Assembly: GCF_006345805.1 (NCBI RefSeq)
Contig: NC_043020.1
Coordinates: forward strand, 15,128,001-15,192,000
Source: Octopus sinensis
Taxonomy: Eukaryota
Direction: 5' to 3'
DNA length: 64,000 nt
The notes under the pieces are model-generated. The model saw only the letters and a program-made list of their open reading frames with translations. It did not search any database and was not told the origin of the DNA. This document shows positions 35,928-50,570 of the stretch, piece by piece. Made by a program: the position numbers and the translations under genes. Positions within the stretch are counted from its first letter, which is position 1. Each line of letters opens with the position of its first letter.

Positions 35928-36100
35928 CATGTGTGTCAGTGTGTGTAAGATAATGAATTATGACTGGGGATTTATAAAAAAAAAAGAAAATCACTGATAA
36001 CATTCTGGGTGAATGTCTATAGTGGAAAGAGAAACGAATAAATACAAGTCACTGAGAAGGTTTTATTTTGGAGACTTCTCTAGAGTTTGGAGGTAAAGTG

Positions 36101-36108
36101 TATATAAA
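36101..36108 (+). promoter_or_regulatory. Candidate TATA box upstream of the plus-strand gene
   Basis: TATATAAA at the start of a unique, GC-richer stretch about 300 bp before the ATG. A strong 3' splice site at 36229 is a competing interpretation. Confidence 0.3.
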
Positions 36109-36400
36109 GAGAGCGGAGTGATGCGAGGATGGAGGCGGAGGAGACGACTCCAGTGTTTCATTGCTTCAGCCTTCTTCTTCTTCTACGACCAGGCTGGCTT
36201 TAATTAATTTATTTTCTCCTTTCACATAGTTAAGCTGCTGCCAGAGGTCTGTGCATGTCGCCACTAGGGAAAGCAGGAGAGAAGAGACGTGGTCAGGGCA
36301 GCGGCAATTGGCTTATATAATAATAATAATAATAACAATAATAATAACAATAATAATCATAGTGTTTATTTATCATCGTCCGTCAGTCTCATAAGCTCGG

Positions 36401-36635
36401 ATGATGGAATCCTGTGGAGCAAGTCTGTTTTCTACTTCGACACCACTGCGAACGACACCACCACTACCATTTCCTTCTGCTCCTAGATACCAGCAGCATC
36501 ATCATCACCACCACCGACATCGGACTAACCTCACATCTCTGCTCCAAGACACTGGCTGGAGGAATATGTTGCTATGGATGCTGCTGCTCTTTCTTTTCTT
36601 CCCTTCGACCTGCTTCCTTCAGCAGGCTCTTGCAG
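36401..36635 (+). CDS. First coding exon of a probable secreted or membrane protein (long n-region with poly-His, then signal peptide)
   Basis: MMESCGA...QQHHHHHHRHR...RNMLLWMLLLFLFFPSTCFLQQALA; donor CAG|gttagt in phase 1 with in-frame TAG right after; unique non-TE sequence. Confidence 0.7.
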
Positions 36636-37380
36636 GTTAGTAGTTCTTCCTTCCCTAGTTCTTCACTTCCTTCCACCCCACCAACACAACATACAATTTA
36701 CTGAATCCGTACTAATATTATTATTATTATAATATCTATTAAACTATACGGGAAAAAATAAATGTCTTCACTTTGCCCTTCCATTTCTGATTCATGGACA
36801 GTTTCATCACCATTTTTGTTCAACAAATACTCTCTCTCCCATCTACCTTACCATTCAATAAATTTCCTAACCTTTTGTCAACAACTCCAGTCACAAAAGC
36901 CAACGAGAGAGCCTCTTCGCAGTCATTCGATCTACGAGAAATAGCAGCCAAATCTCACCTCATCGCACCAAAGCGTCTTCAGAGAAATACACACACAATG
37001 GACAGTGTTGCTGTGTGTGGTGGTACACTGTGTATTATATTAACATTTGCAAAAAGACCGGATGGTCACTGCCAGAATGAATGCCTTTTCGATATCAAGT
37101 CTGCTTTGTCAGAACTAACCTGAGGCTGAAGGAGCAATTCTGGTGATTGATGCGAAACTCCGAGTAGCAACAGTGTGGCATCTCTTATTTTAATAAATAA
37201 ACCACACACACATACACACACACAAATACACGCATACACACACACACACACACACACACAAATACACGCATACACACACACATACACACACACGCATACA
37301 CACACACATACACACACACACACATACATACACACACACACACAAATACACGCATACACACACACACACACAAATACACG

Positions 37381-37422
<42 letters not shown>

Positions 37423-38024
37423 ACTACAGTTTGGTGCTCCAGTCTGGATTTTGTTTCTTCATCAGATATTTTTTAAATGAAATTTTGCAACGATACGTTT
37501 ACATTACGATTCTATTGAAACCAAAATAAAAATTTATTTTTAAAGGAGTTTTGACGCATTCCCCCCCCGCTCCAGTTCCCGACTGTTTCCCCCCCCCAGA
37601 AATCTCTTTTAAATGGCATTTTATAGAATTAGGTTGTTCCAGAGTGTAGATTGTGTAATGTAATGTTGATGTTCCAAAGCAAAAAATAATGCAAAGGTAA
37701 AATAAAATGAAATAGAATAAAATAAAATAAAATAAAGGCTGGGAGCACTATCCAAAATTCCTCAAAATTCTTGTTTCTTCTAGAATTTTATCCGGAAAAT
37801 TGTAATCTGCACCTTCGTGAAGGTGCCTCTACAAAATTTCGTTAAAAAAATAATGCATTTTTACGCTAAGTTATGAAGCATAGTCCATTGAGGAGCATGG
37901 CCAATATTATTCGAGTACTCAATAAATAATCGAAATATAGTTTAAGTGTAGCCCACAGGCAAGCTAATCCGCTAGACTCCACTTTAATACATACATACAT
38001 ATATATGTGTGTATATATATTTTG

Positions 38025-38059
<35 letters not shown>

Positions 38060-38060
38060 A

Positions 38061-38119
<59 letters not shown>

Positions 38120-38222
38120 ATATCTATCTATCTATCTATCTATATCTATCTATCTATCTATCTATATATCTATCTGTCTATCTATCTATCTATCTGTCTG
38201 TCTGTCTGTCTGTATGTGTGTG

Positions 38223-38270
<48 letters not shown>

Positions 38271-38357
38271 CATATATATACATATATATATGTATATATA
38301 TATATACACACATATATATATATATGTGTATGTCTGTGTATATATACATATACATAC

Positions 38358-38390
<33 letters not shown>

Positions 38391-41073
38391 TATCTATGTA
38401 TGTATGTATTGACTGATTTTGTAGAGGACTGGTGATATATGTGTGTATATATATATATATATTTTTATATACATATAACTGTTTGTTTTGGTTACTGTCA
38501 AAACTATTACCAAGATTGTAGTCGCAGACAACAGGCGAACCAGCTCCTTTAGTCAATTATTCAACCCGGACTTCTTAGATTACATAAAATATAAAAGTGC
38601 CCCCCCAAAAATAAATATTCCACCCCTACTTTTTTTCTCACATTTTTCCCCCCAGCTGCTTCTTTCGACAGTTTATTCTTCATCTTTCTCAACATAAATA
38701 CATTTTTTTCCCTCATAAGTTGTTCCACCGTTGAGATTTTACCATTCACTTTTGTTTACCTATTCTCAAAGCTACTCTGCGATATGTTTATCTCCAACAA
38801 CACGGCTCTGCTCTGCTATTATTTAACCACTCACCTACCTTAATTATCGCCAACCAATATCCTAATTCCAACAACAACTTCCTAATCACTAATCTACACT
38901 ATTCACCCCATCTGTACAATCTGAATTCTATATCCTCATATATGTATATATACCATTTGTATAATTCTGCTGAATAATAATACAGCCATTTACTAATGGA
39001 ATTATGTTCATAATGGAACGATCTCTTTGTTCCATTTATTTCATTAATCATATATATTCTAGCAGACTTATTGGTGAATGAAGACTTATATGTTTATTAC
39101 TATAACAAAATCATATTTTCTTTCTTGATAATCGTTAACATTTCCTCTCCATAAACAATATGCAATAAAATTCCTCCATCAAGTACAACCATTCCTGACA
39201 TTGTAGTTCTTTGTTTAGCCCTCCCAAAATCGATCTCCATCTATTTACTTATCGATCTCCTAATATTTGGCTGTTTGTCAATGGCTTTGTATTTGATTTA
39301 CGTACAACCTTGAGTGATGGCTTGTTGCTAAAATTACCAAATAAATTATCCGTTGGCGAAAGGCATAAAATTAAAGAGAATCGAGGAAATGATCGTTTCC
39401 CCCCACCCCAAAGCCACTAATTCTCAACACTCTTCACCCCACTCGTCCTACACTCAATTCGAAGACATTCTATTTCGATGTTTAGTCTTGGAATCATTTT
39501 AAACTATGAGTCACTCACCATGATCTTTTCCCTATCTCCTCGCCAAACATACATAGATACATGCAGTGTGTGTGTGTGTATATTTATAAGTATACGACCA
39601 TGCAACTTGTGTGTGTGTGTATAAACACACACACACACACCACACACAATTATCCATTCGTTTACATGTAAAATAACTACTATATTTTAGTGGAAATCGA
39701 ACTGGTATCCACTTCATTGACTTTGATGAATCTATAGTTATGTATGGAGGGTTCGTGGTTATATATATATACATTATATATATATATATTTTATATATAT
39801 ATATATATTGATTAAAGCACTTGGTAGTCAATAGCAGAGAGTAGCATTAACTGGACTGATTTATTTTGTACCAACAAAATAGTGAAAGGAGTGCTTCATT
39901 GAATCTCAATGGAATTGATGATATAAACAGGCTGGAGTGGTGTGGAAGCTGATGTTACCGTTCGGGCCTTTCCAAGGGCATCAACGATGTAATTAAACTG
40001 GTTCCAATTGCAAATCGAAACTGGGTCAGTTGCGAGCAGGGGAAAAAACATAACGATAATAATAATAATAATAATAATAAATAGTTTCTATTTCCTTTTT
40101 TTAATTTAGAATTATATGAATAATAACGATAGAATTAAAGCTACAATAATGTTAATTTTGTAGACAGTGGCTGTTATTTTGTGATGTAAATATATAGTCT
40201 TATTTAACAAATTGCTACTACTACTACATTCCTGCAAGTATTAATACAATAGTAAGGTTTTTAAAAAAAATTATTATTATGAATGGGAACAATAATAGAA
40301 TAATGGGAACAATAATAGACTCTGCTTTACGAACTGCAAAGCTGAAATGCAGAAATTCAGCTGATATTGAACTCTGAGCAACTGGAGTAGATACTACAAA
40401 ACAGACTTGTTACTCACTGCACTAAAATGATTATCTTAGTATTAATAGGGTTTTCTTAGCTTTGTTCTTTTTTTTTCCCCCACATTTTTTCCCCCACATT
40501 TTCTAAATCCTGGGTAAAAAGTAGGCTGAGGTGCAAAGTTGATGGAGTTCTCAATTCACAGCTGGTATTTGTTTTTCAGCCCTGGGGATTGAACATCTGA
40601 ACAGGATTTGAACATAGAATGCATTTTGCCTCTTATTTTTCTGTGGTTGCATGGTTAGGCTAGTGGCTGTTATTGGTAAATTAGTCTCATCTCAATCCTG
40701 ATTAAAACAGACATGATTTAAAGTATTCCTACCCAAGTGATCCCATTTTGTTTCAGTCGTTTTATTTATGACTCTATTATTCACAATATCCCTCTTTTTT
40801 TTTTTTCAAATGGTAGGGCACTATTTTAGGGATATTTGGTTTCTATTTCTAGCATTGCGAGTGACCTCATTGAGGCTAGCTTTCATGTCTAATTAAATGG
40901 CTATTGTTGTTTAGCTCAAAATCAGCTTTAATCAAACTGATTTATGATCATACATTCCTGCTGTGAATTGTCTTTTTCTTTTTGTTTTTGCAATTTGTCT
41001 AATATATATATATTACGGAGATGTACTTGCATAGCAAGTGACCTGATCTGAGATCGTGTGCTGGAACGAAAAC

Positions 41074-41212
41074 AATTGCAGCGTGGAAGGTGTTTATAAG
41101 ACATTTAAGAAACACACAAAAACCGTTAGATTCACTTTAAATTTAAATGTTGAAATGAATCTAACGGTTTTTGTGTGTTTCTTAAATGGCTTATAAATAC
41201 CTTCCACGCTGC

Positions 41213-41216
<4 letters not shown>
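41074..41216. repeat. Fold-back palindrome, about 62-bp arms
   Basis: aattgcagcgtggaaggtg...ccgttagattca versus tgaatctaacgg...ccttccacgctgcaatt. Confidence 0.9.
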
Positions 41217-41249
<33 letters not shown>

Positions 41250-43079
41250 GTATGTATGTATGTATGGTTGGCGTGAGGAAGGGCATCCAGCCGTAGAAAC
41301 AGTGCCAGATCAGACTGGGCCTGGTGCAGCCTCCTGGCTTCCCAGACCCCAGTTGAACCGTCCAACCCATGCTAGCATGGAAAGCGGACGCTAAACGATG
41401 ATGATGTATGTATATATTAAGACAGTAAGGTGTGATTTGAGTGAGACTTGGCTGCTATTTCTAACAGCGTGAGCAACTGTTTAATGGTATTACTTGTTAA
41501 GCAATTGTTTTTACAGCCTCTGTCATTAAGCAGGCTTGTTCACTGAGGCAAACTGGATCTATCAGAATTAAATGCTTTACTCAAGGAGCACAAAACAATG
41601 GCAATAATAAGATTTGAACTCATAACAATGTGATCAGTAGTCTATAACTTTACAGGTATCGTGTCGTTACTCTTTTACTCTTTTACTCTTTTACTTGTTT
41701 CAGTCATTTGACTGCGGCCATGCTGGAGCACCGCCTTTAGTCGAGCAAATCGACCCCGGGACTTATTCTTTGTAAGCCCAGTACTTATTCTATCAGTCCC
41801 TTTTGCCGAACCGCTAAGTGACGGGGACGTAAACACACCAGCATCGGTTGTCAAGCAATGCTTGGGGGACAAACACAGACACACAAACATATACACACAC
41901 ACTTACATATATATATACATATATACGACAGGCTTCTTTCAGTTTCCGTCTACCAAATCCACTCACAAGGCATTGGTCGGCCCGGGGCTATAGCAGAAGA
42001 CACTTGCCCAAGATGCCACGCAGTGGGACTGAACCCGGAACCATGTGGTTGGTTAGCAAGCTACTTACCAACAAGACTAATTATTAGTTTCAAATTTTAG
42101 GCACAAGGCCAGCAGTTTTGGGGTAAGGGCCAAATTGATTAAATCGACCCCAATGCCCAGCTGGTATTTATTTTTTTGACCCTCAAAGGAAAGCAGTGCA
42201 AACGACTTTGATGTACAGAAGACACTTGCTTGGAGTGTATATCACAAGCTTCATGAAATCTGGAGTTCTAAGATGGCAAGTAAATTGAAAATTAGGTTGT
42301 TTCTCTCCATGGTTTTGTTATATGGTACTGAAACTTGGACCCTCACCAAAAAGCTTGAAAAATAAATAGATGGCTGCTACACAAGAATGATAAAAATGGT
42401 CCTGAATGTTACGTGGAGAACTCATTTGACCAACGAGCAACTTTATCAATATCTACCCAAAGTGACTGAGATGATCCAGCAGAGAAGAACGAGAATCGGT
42501 AGTCATTTCGTCAGGCACCCAGAAGAACCTGTGTCTCAACTGATTTTACGCCAGTCAGTTGAAGGAAGAATCAACAGGGGAAGGGCACGTCTAACCTATG
42601 TGTACAACTTTCTTCAGGACAGTGAAATGGCAAATGTTGATGAATGAAGAACATGCATTGTGGGACCATGATGGATGGTGTGCTCAAGTGGAAGCATTGA
42701 AGTATCCAGGAGAACGGCCAAACTAAACTTACTCAACTACTTTGTTACCCTTATTAATAAAATAGTAACATCTTTTATAATCAGTTTGTGCCTTCTTTTC
42801 TACATCAGAACAGGTTGACCTGGTCCTCTCCAATACATCTCATCACTTGTCTTGTTTTGTGAAGTTCAGTATCTCCAAGACAATTTACACTGCCTCTACC
42901 CATGTCTTCCTTGGTCTTCCTCAAACACATTTTTTTCATTTTGTTTCTGGAATAATGTCTGTAAATTCGTGGCATAGAATAATACTGATTTTTAATACTT
43001 GGTGTAATATAATGAATATAATGAGCATTTAACAATTCTGGTTCATCTAGGTTAGCATTGCCATCATTGAGTGCCAAAA

Positions 43080-43960
43080 ATCATTGTCCCATAGTTTTGA
43101 AGCACTTGAGTCGAACAACAAATCTTGGGTTATTTTAGCCATGTGACAAGGAGCCCTATCTTCCATAAATAGTCTTCTGTAATCATTTCATTACCGGAGA
43201 AGATTTGAAGGAGTCCTTTCTGCAATATGGGCATATATCTATCTGAGTTTATGTTTCCATCACACTCCACCAGCTCTGATCAACCGTTGCTCCAAATGGC
43301 TCCCCAGACCATCGCAGTATAGCTGCTGTGTTTCATTGTTGGCTGCAGTCATTTCACATCAAATTCTTGATCACAGAGTCTCCAGACCCACACTTGACCT
43401 CTGTCAGAAATACAGCAAATCTGGACTCATCAGAGAATAAGACAGCATCCCAAAATGCTAGTGGCCTCTCCACCATGTCACTGGCCTAATCTTTTCTCCA
43501 TTTGATGTTGGCTGTTCGAAGAAGTGGCTTCCTCCTTCTGCTCTACCATAGTAACCAAGTTTGTGGAGATACCTGACAGCTGTTCTGGGACAGACATCAA
43601 CTTGTTCTGCTAGGTCAGAGGCCTTGCAACAAGGATTATCCACCACACTTCTATTAGCAAAGAGAAGGGTCCTGTCAGAGGGCCCTGGTTGAGCTGGGCG
43701 AGGTGATGTAGACTCCTTCCCCTCTCTGGTGAATTGCACAATCACTCTATTAACTGTAGAAAGTGGGATCCCAAGGTTTTCTGCGATTTTACGCTATGTC
43801 CACCTTCAGAATGACCCACCATATGGCCTCTTTGAAATTCAGACAGTACCAAGGCTTTCTTTTGTACATGGCCTGATTAAACGGACACATACAGAACCTG
43901 AAACATAAAAATGTCAATTAATGAAAAATGTAAACCATTACAAGATAAAATAAACATAAA
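43080..43960 (-). pseudogene. Degenerate Tc1 (DD34E-type) transposase remnant
   Basis: WDAVLFSDESR, MVWGAIWSNG, FMEDRAPCH; stops and frameshifts. Confidence 0.85.
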
Positions 43961-43974
43961 ACAATATTTTATGG

Positions 43975-44166
43975 TGTAAAGTATAGAAGCCATCTTATCA
44001 TGGCTAACCACATTGGGGAGGGGGTGTTACTGTAGCTTTTTAGCCCCGGACACAGATATTGTGTCTAAAGCCAGCTAGAGACGAAGATCTCTTGGGGCTA
44101 TAAAGCTACAGTAACACCCCCTCCTCAATGTGGTTAGCCATGATAAGATGGCTTCTATACTTTACA
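43975..44166. repeat. Inverted repeat element, about 70-bp arms around a 46-bp spacer
   Basis: tgtaaagtatagaagccatcttatcatggctaaccacatt...tagcccc versus ggggcta...gcttctatactttaca. Confidence 0.9.
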
Positions 44167-44599
44167 TTATCGAGCGATTACTGTTTCAATCTCATTCTGA
44201 GATTTAATTATGCTTAATATTTTATGGGTTGTCTATTTACTTCTGTCATGGTCTGTGTATATGTTGACCCTTTAGCACTTAAAACGGCTATATTTGGCCA
44301 AAATATTCTACCCGTTTTAGGTTCAAACTGGCCAGATCTGGCCTCTCACACCAGTATACACAAACATGACAAAAGTAAATAGACAGACTTGCAATAATTA
44401 AATTTATTTTAATCTGAAATTATACATTCAAATTACTTAATTGTTATGATGTGAACATTTAATATTTAGTAGGCACGCCCTTTGCATTATTCAATGCAAG
44501 GACCCTGTAAGGCGTGTACGTGGGCACGGTAGCACGGCGGAGCTCCAGGCGACTGTATGTGTGAAAATATGTGTGTATATATATGTGTATGTACAATGT

Positions 44600-44809
44600 G
44601 TGTGTGTGTGTGTGTACTGTTGGCGATTTTTTTTCCTCTGTCTTCCCTTCTCTGGATCTTTCCTTCTCCTATGTTTCCGACGAAGAGCTCCGCTCGAAAC
44701 GTTAAACCCTCTTTTTTCACTTCCTTCCTGAGCGTCAAATAATACTATTTTTGTTCCACGTCCTCGCGTTGTTGTGTTTTTTTTTGTGCTTTCTTGTTTG
44801 GATTAACTA

Positions 44810-44810
<1 letters not shown>
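44600..44810 (+). mobile_element. Solo Penelope-like terminal repeat with minimal hammerhead variant (44673-44707)
   Basis: GTTT-CCGACGAA-GAGC-TCC-GCTC-GAAACGTT-AAAC, flanked by TG and TA microsatellites. Confidence 0.7.
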
Positions 44811-44851
<41 letters not shown>

Positions 44852-45957
44852 TATGGAGAAAAATCACTTCTCCTGCACCAAAATGAAAGAATGCTGATAT
44901 TGTGCAAGCTGCTACCGACAGCCAACCCTACCTAGATGCCATCATAAGGGCTGCAGCTGAGCAACAATCCTTTTTTATATGTGGCACTAAAGATTGTACA
45001 GCAATTGACCAGGCAAACCATCAGTTTCAGAGTTGGAGTCATTTCCACCTAAGTACAAAACCAACACAGTCATTAGTTCCAGAGGAGCCACCACTGGTAT
45101 TAGCGCAAATGTTCACACCTGCAATCTTTCTAAATATTTGCGGACAGTTACAACTCAGTAACAGAATCCAAATTCCCTTTCTGAGTGACCTTGTTGCGTG
45201 CTATCAAGCCTTATGTATAGCACTCAGCAAAATACACCTAGAGCCTAATAGCACATATGAAGAAATACACATATATATACATATACATATATGTGCATAT
45301 ATATATATATGTGTGTGTGTATATATATGTGTATATATATTTGTATATGTGTGTATATGAATGTATGTGTATATAAGTGTATGTGTGTGTATATATATAT
45401 GTATATATATATATGTGTATATATATATGTATATATATGTGTATATATATATGTATATATATGTGTATATATATATGTATATATATGTGTATATATATAT
45501 ATGTATATATACATGTATATATGTGTACATTATATATATATATATATATGTATATATGTACATGTATACATGTGTATATAGGTATATATGTACATGTATA
45601 CATGTGTATATATGTTACATGTGTATATATGTGTATATATGTATATATATGTGTATATGTATACATGTGTATATATGTGTATATATGTATATGTATATGT
45701 TATATATATATATATATGTATGTATTATATATATATGTATATATATATATGTATATATATATATGTGTATATATATGTATGTATATATATATATGTATAT
45801 ATATATGTATATATAATATATATATATTGTATATATTATATGTATATATATATATATGTATATATATGTATGTATAATATATATGTATATTATATATATG
45901 TATATATATATATATATATGTAATAATATATTATATATGTATATAATATATATATTG

Positions 45958-45988
<31 letters not shown>

Positions 45989-46044
45989 TATGTATATATA
46001 TATATATGTATATATATATATTATATATATAATATATGTATATA

Positions 46045-46510
46045 AATCTAGAGTGGAGGCGGGAGAGATATGCGGTGATATACATCTGGAAAATCCTGGA
46101 GGGTCTTGTCCCAAACTTTGGCATTCAAAGTTACCCCAACCGCAGAACGGAGCGCCACTGCATGGTGCCAAAGATTCCAACATCACCATTAAAATACAGG
46201 TCCAGATACTGCAACAGCTTGGGTTTCAGAGGACCACAGCTCTTTAACATCCTCCCTAAATTCCTGAGAGACTTACATGGTGTGGATGTAGGTTTCTTTA
46301 AAACTAAACTGGATCTCTTCTTGTCGGGAGTCCCAGAACCTACCTCACGACAGGAGACGCAGATACGGGCAGCAGCATCGAACTCCCTTGTTGATCAAGT
46401 GCAACGTATCAGAGGTGGATTCACATATTAGTGTAGCTCATTCAGTGGTGGTACCCCAGCATGGCCACGGCCTTCGGGCTAAAACATTTTTAAGGATTTA
46501 AGGATTTATA
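46045..46510 (+). mobile_element. CR1-like LINE 3' end with (TTAAGGAT)n tail
   Basis: [25 protein letters not shown]...GPQLFNILP. Confidence 0.9.
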
Positions 46511-46523
46511 TCTATATGTGTAT

Positions 46524-46567
<44 letters not shown>

Positions 46568-46584
46568 GTATGTATACACATGCA

Positions 46585-46647
<63 letters not shown>

Positions 46648-46665
46648 TGTATGTATGTATGTTTT

Positions 46666-46729
<64 letters not shown>

Positions 46730-46760
46730 TTATATATATGTTGTATGTATGTATGTATGT

Positions 46761-46792
<32 letters not shown>

Positions 46793-47711
46793 TTATATAT
46801 CTGCATGTTATATATGTATGTATATGTATATATGTATGTTTAGATATATATAGATATGTATGTATAATATATGTATATATATATATGTATGTATATATGT
46901 ATATATATGTATGTATATATGTATATACATGTATGTATATATGTATATACATGTATGTATATATGTATATATGTATGTATATATGTATATACATGTATGT
47001 ATATATGTATATACATGTATGTATATATGTATATACATGTATGTATATATGTATGTATATATGTATATACACGTATGTATATATGTATGTATATATATAT
47101 ACACGTATGTATATATGTATATACATGTATGTATACATGTATGTATGTATGTATGTATACTGTATGGATGTATCTATTATATACAGTATGTATGTATATG
47201 TATATATATGTATGTATATGTATATATATGTATGTATATTGTATGATATATGTATGTATATATGTATATATATATATGTATGTATATATGTATATATATA
47301 TATTATGATTTGTATATATATATATATGTATGGATATATATATATGTATGGATATATTATGTATGTATGGTATATGTATGTAGGATATATATGTATGTAT
47401 GGATATATATATGTATGTATGTATATAGATATGTATATATATGTATGCATATATATATGTACATATATAGCTATGCATATATATGGATGTATATATATAT
47501 ATGTACATATATAGCTATGCATATATATGGATGTATATATATATATGTACATATATAGATATGTATATGTATATATATATATATAAGTACGTATATATAT
47601 ATGTAGATATGTATATATAAGTACGTATATATATGTATGTAGATATGTATATATAAGTACGTATATATATGTATATATATATGCATATATATGTATGTTG
47701 ATATGTATATG

Positions 47712-48830
47712 TCCTGACAGACAGATCTCAACATGTTGTAGTTGAAGGGGTAAAATCAAGCCCAGCCAAAGTCAGTAGTGGCGTTCCGCAAGGCACTGTG
47801 CTGTGCCCACTTCTTTTCATCATTTACATTAATGACATCATCAAGCACAGCAACATAAAAATCTTTGCAGATGACTCCAAGCTACAGAAGGTCATAAATG
47901 AGGCGAGTGACCGGACATGCCTTCAGTCAGATCTACTGGCTGTTATCCAATGGGCAGAAAAAAACAATATGCTGCTGAACGAGGATAAATTTGAGCTAAT
48001 CCACTTTGGAAAAGAGGATGCCCTGAAACTCCCATACTCCCTTCCTTCAGGTGAAACTCTCGTGGCGTCCAACAACATCAGAGACTTGGGAGTAATTGTG
48101 GACAACAACATAAGCTGGGCCACTCATATAAACACCAAAGTTGACATGGCCCGCAGAATGTGTTCCTGGATTCTCAGAACTTTCCAGTCGAGAGATATCC
48201 ACACCATTATCCTTCTCTTCTCCACTTTTGCCCGACCCCACCTTGAATACTGTTGTCCACACAATACAAGGTATCATAAAAGTTGAAGCACCTCAAAGGG
48301 CAATCACAAAAAAGATAGATGGCATGACAGGCCTCGACTATTGGGGTCGACTAGAAAAGCTAAAACTCTATTCTCTCCAACGTCGTCGTGAGCGCTACAT
48401 CATCTGCATGATGTGGAAAATATTCCATCAGCATTGCCCAAATGATGTTGGCATCACCTTTAAGGTACATCCAAGGCTTGGGCCCCGTGCCATCCACCCA
48501 AAACAAAAATCGCACTCTCATCTCATAACAACAATACGGCACAATTATTTCACCTCAATTGGCCCCGCTCTCTTTAACATTACACCAAAACACATTAAAA
48601 CAGAAACTGACCCTATAGGGTTCAGGAAGTCTTTGGACAGATTCCTTCAAGAAATCCCGGATAAACCCCCTACACCGGATATGTCTCTGTAAACAATAAC
48701 TCTCTACTTGAGTGGGCCATAGTGCCCAAATTCTGACTTGAAAGACTTCACCAGGTGGTGCTATTAAGTTAGACATGGCCTGGGCCAATAATGGCCGAAA
48801 CCTATCAAAGTATCAAAGTATCAAAGTATA
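47712..48830 (+). mobile_element. 5'-truncated CR1-like LINE with (ATCAAAGT)n tail
   Basis: GVPQG, FADD, IRDLG, RPHLEYC, LYSLQRRRERY; frameshifts. Confidence 0.92.
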
Positions 48831-48866
48831 TATATAAGTACGTATATATATGTATATATATATATG

Positions 48867-48897
<31 letters not shown>

Positions 48898-48951
48898 GTA
48901 TATATATATGTATATATATATATGTATATATATGTATGTATATATAGTATG

Positions 48952-49139
<188 letters not shown>

Positions 49140-49362
49140 TGTGTATATATATGTGTGTATATATATGTATGTATATATATATGTATGTATATATATATGT
49201 ATATATATGTATGTATATGTATGTATATATGTATATATGTATGTATATTATATGTATGTATATATATATGTATATATATGTATGTTTATATATATGTATA
49301 TATATATGTATGTATATATATATATATGTATGTGTATATATATGTATATATATATATATCTA

Positions 49363-49414
<52 letters not shown>

Positions 49415-50570
49415 CTAGCAGCATAGCCCGGCGTTGCCCGGGTATGTAAGAGCCCCTAGTAGGCAATGACTAATCCCAATCTAGTCATTTCCCTCTAGGG
49501 AACGAAGGCGCATGTGTAGGTTGCAATGTCTTCTCTTCACTCCCAAATAACTATCAAACAGCTATCGATAATTCAACCCAACCAATTCCTACCAGGAAGA
49601 AATTACATTCGAGACTTTACCCCCAACTTCTGCTAATAGCTGCTGCAGCCGCAAGTTATTCGAATACTTATTTTGTTTAAACTTTCTTTATAACTACCAC
49701 CCCAAACGTTTTACCTTAAATTTTTGACGTACCCTAAGGGTATTCGGACGCTACTTGCAAACTCTTGGTTTATTATAAACCGCTTTTGTCATGTGCACCA
49801 AAAAACCTTTTCCATTCGTTTGTTCAGTTTGGTCACTTTTGACTTTTTCGTTGTTGTCACTCACATTGCTGCCCGCTTTTTTGCCGTTTTTGTACATTTT
49901 TATACATTTTGGGATACTTACCCCACGTGTTCCGAGAGTTAAAAAGGTCGAGTTGCGTCCCCTAGACAGTCTGTGGTTTGTGTTTAATACACAAATCGGT
50001 TTGCTATGTGTGCCACATATGATTTAATTAACCGATTTTTTCCAGTAAGAAAGTATCCTATTGGAATAAAAAGGGCCATATAGCTCCTTGGAGCAGACAT
50101 GATGCTCGCTGTGAATTTAAAAAAAATTCCTGCCAATTTGTGAAAGATATTGTCGAAAATATGTCATCTTGAATTTGAACGCGATTTCTCAAAATGGCAT
50201 GATTTTATCGATTTTTTTCTGATGGTAAGGTATTGCATGGAAAACTAACGTCAGAATTAAGTTTCTTAGGGTAACATTAAGCTTCATCATGAGTTTGGTG
50301 AAAATCGATTGCAAGTTGCGAAAACTACAACAGAAAATGTGTTGCATATAAAAAGCTTAGATTCTCTACCCCATGTCGAATTTATCGATTCTTTTCAGAA
50401 CTGGGGGAACTTTTCAAAATTTTCGCTGCGTTAGTTTTGAATTATGACATTGGGCTATGTGTATGTCAAGTTTCATCAGAATCGGTTGAAAGCCGTGGTC
50501 AGGGTGAGGGTACAACCTGACAGAGACACAGACACACAGACAGACAAACTGCCGTTTATATATAGAGAGA
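49415..50570 (-). mobile_element. 1.15-kb non-autonomous Helitron
   Basis: Minus a|TCTCTCTATATATAAAC start; hairpin cccgggcaacgccggg then CTAG|t. Confidence 0.88.

Noticed and set aside
36121-36207. Two short upstream ORFs (28 and 24 aa) before the plus-strand gene
   Set aside because: They start at or before the transcription start expected from the TATA box, or are intronic if the 36229 acceptor is used, so they cannot be supported without TSS data.
44470-44545. Short CpG-rich patch with a small TTGCATT/AATGCAA hairpin
   Set aside because: Too short, with no recognisable RNA gene or promoter architecture.
44902-45260. Roughly 120-codon non-repetitive open frame (QAATDSQPYLDAIIRAAAEQQ...)
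   Set aside because: No convincing splice sites, start or recognisable domain, and it runs into microsatellite; probably a degenerate TE. A translated search would settle it.
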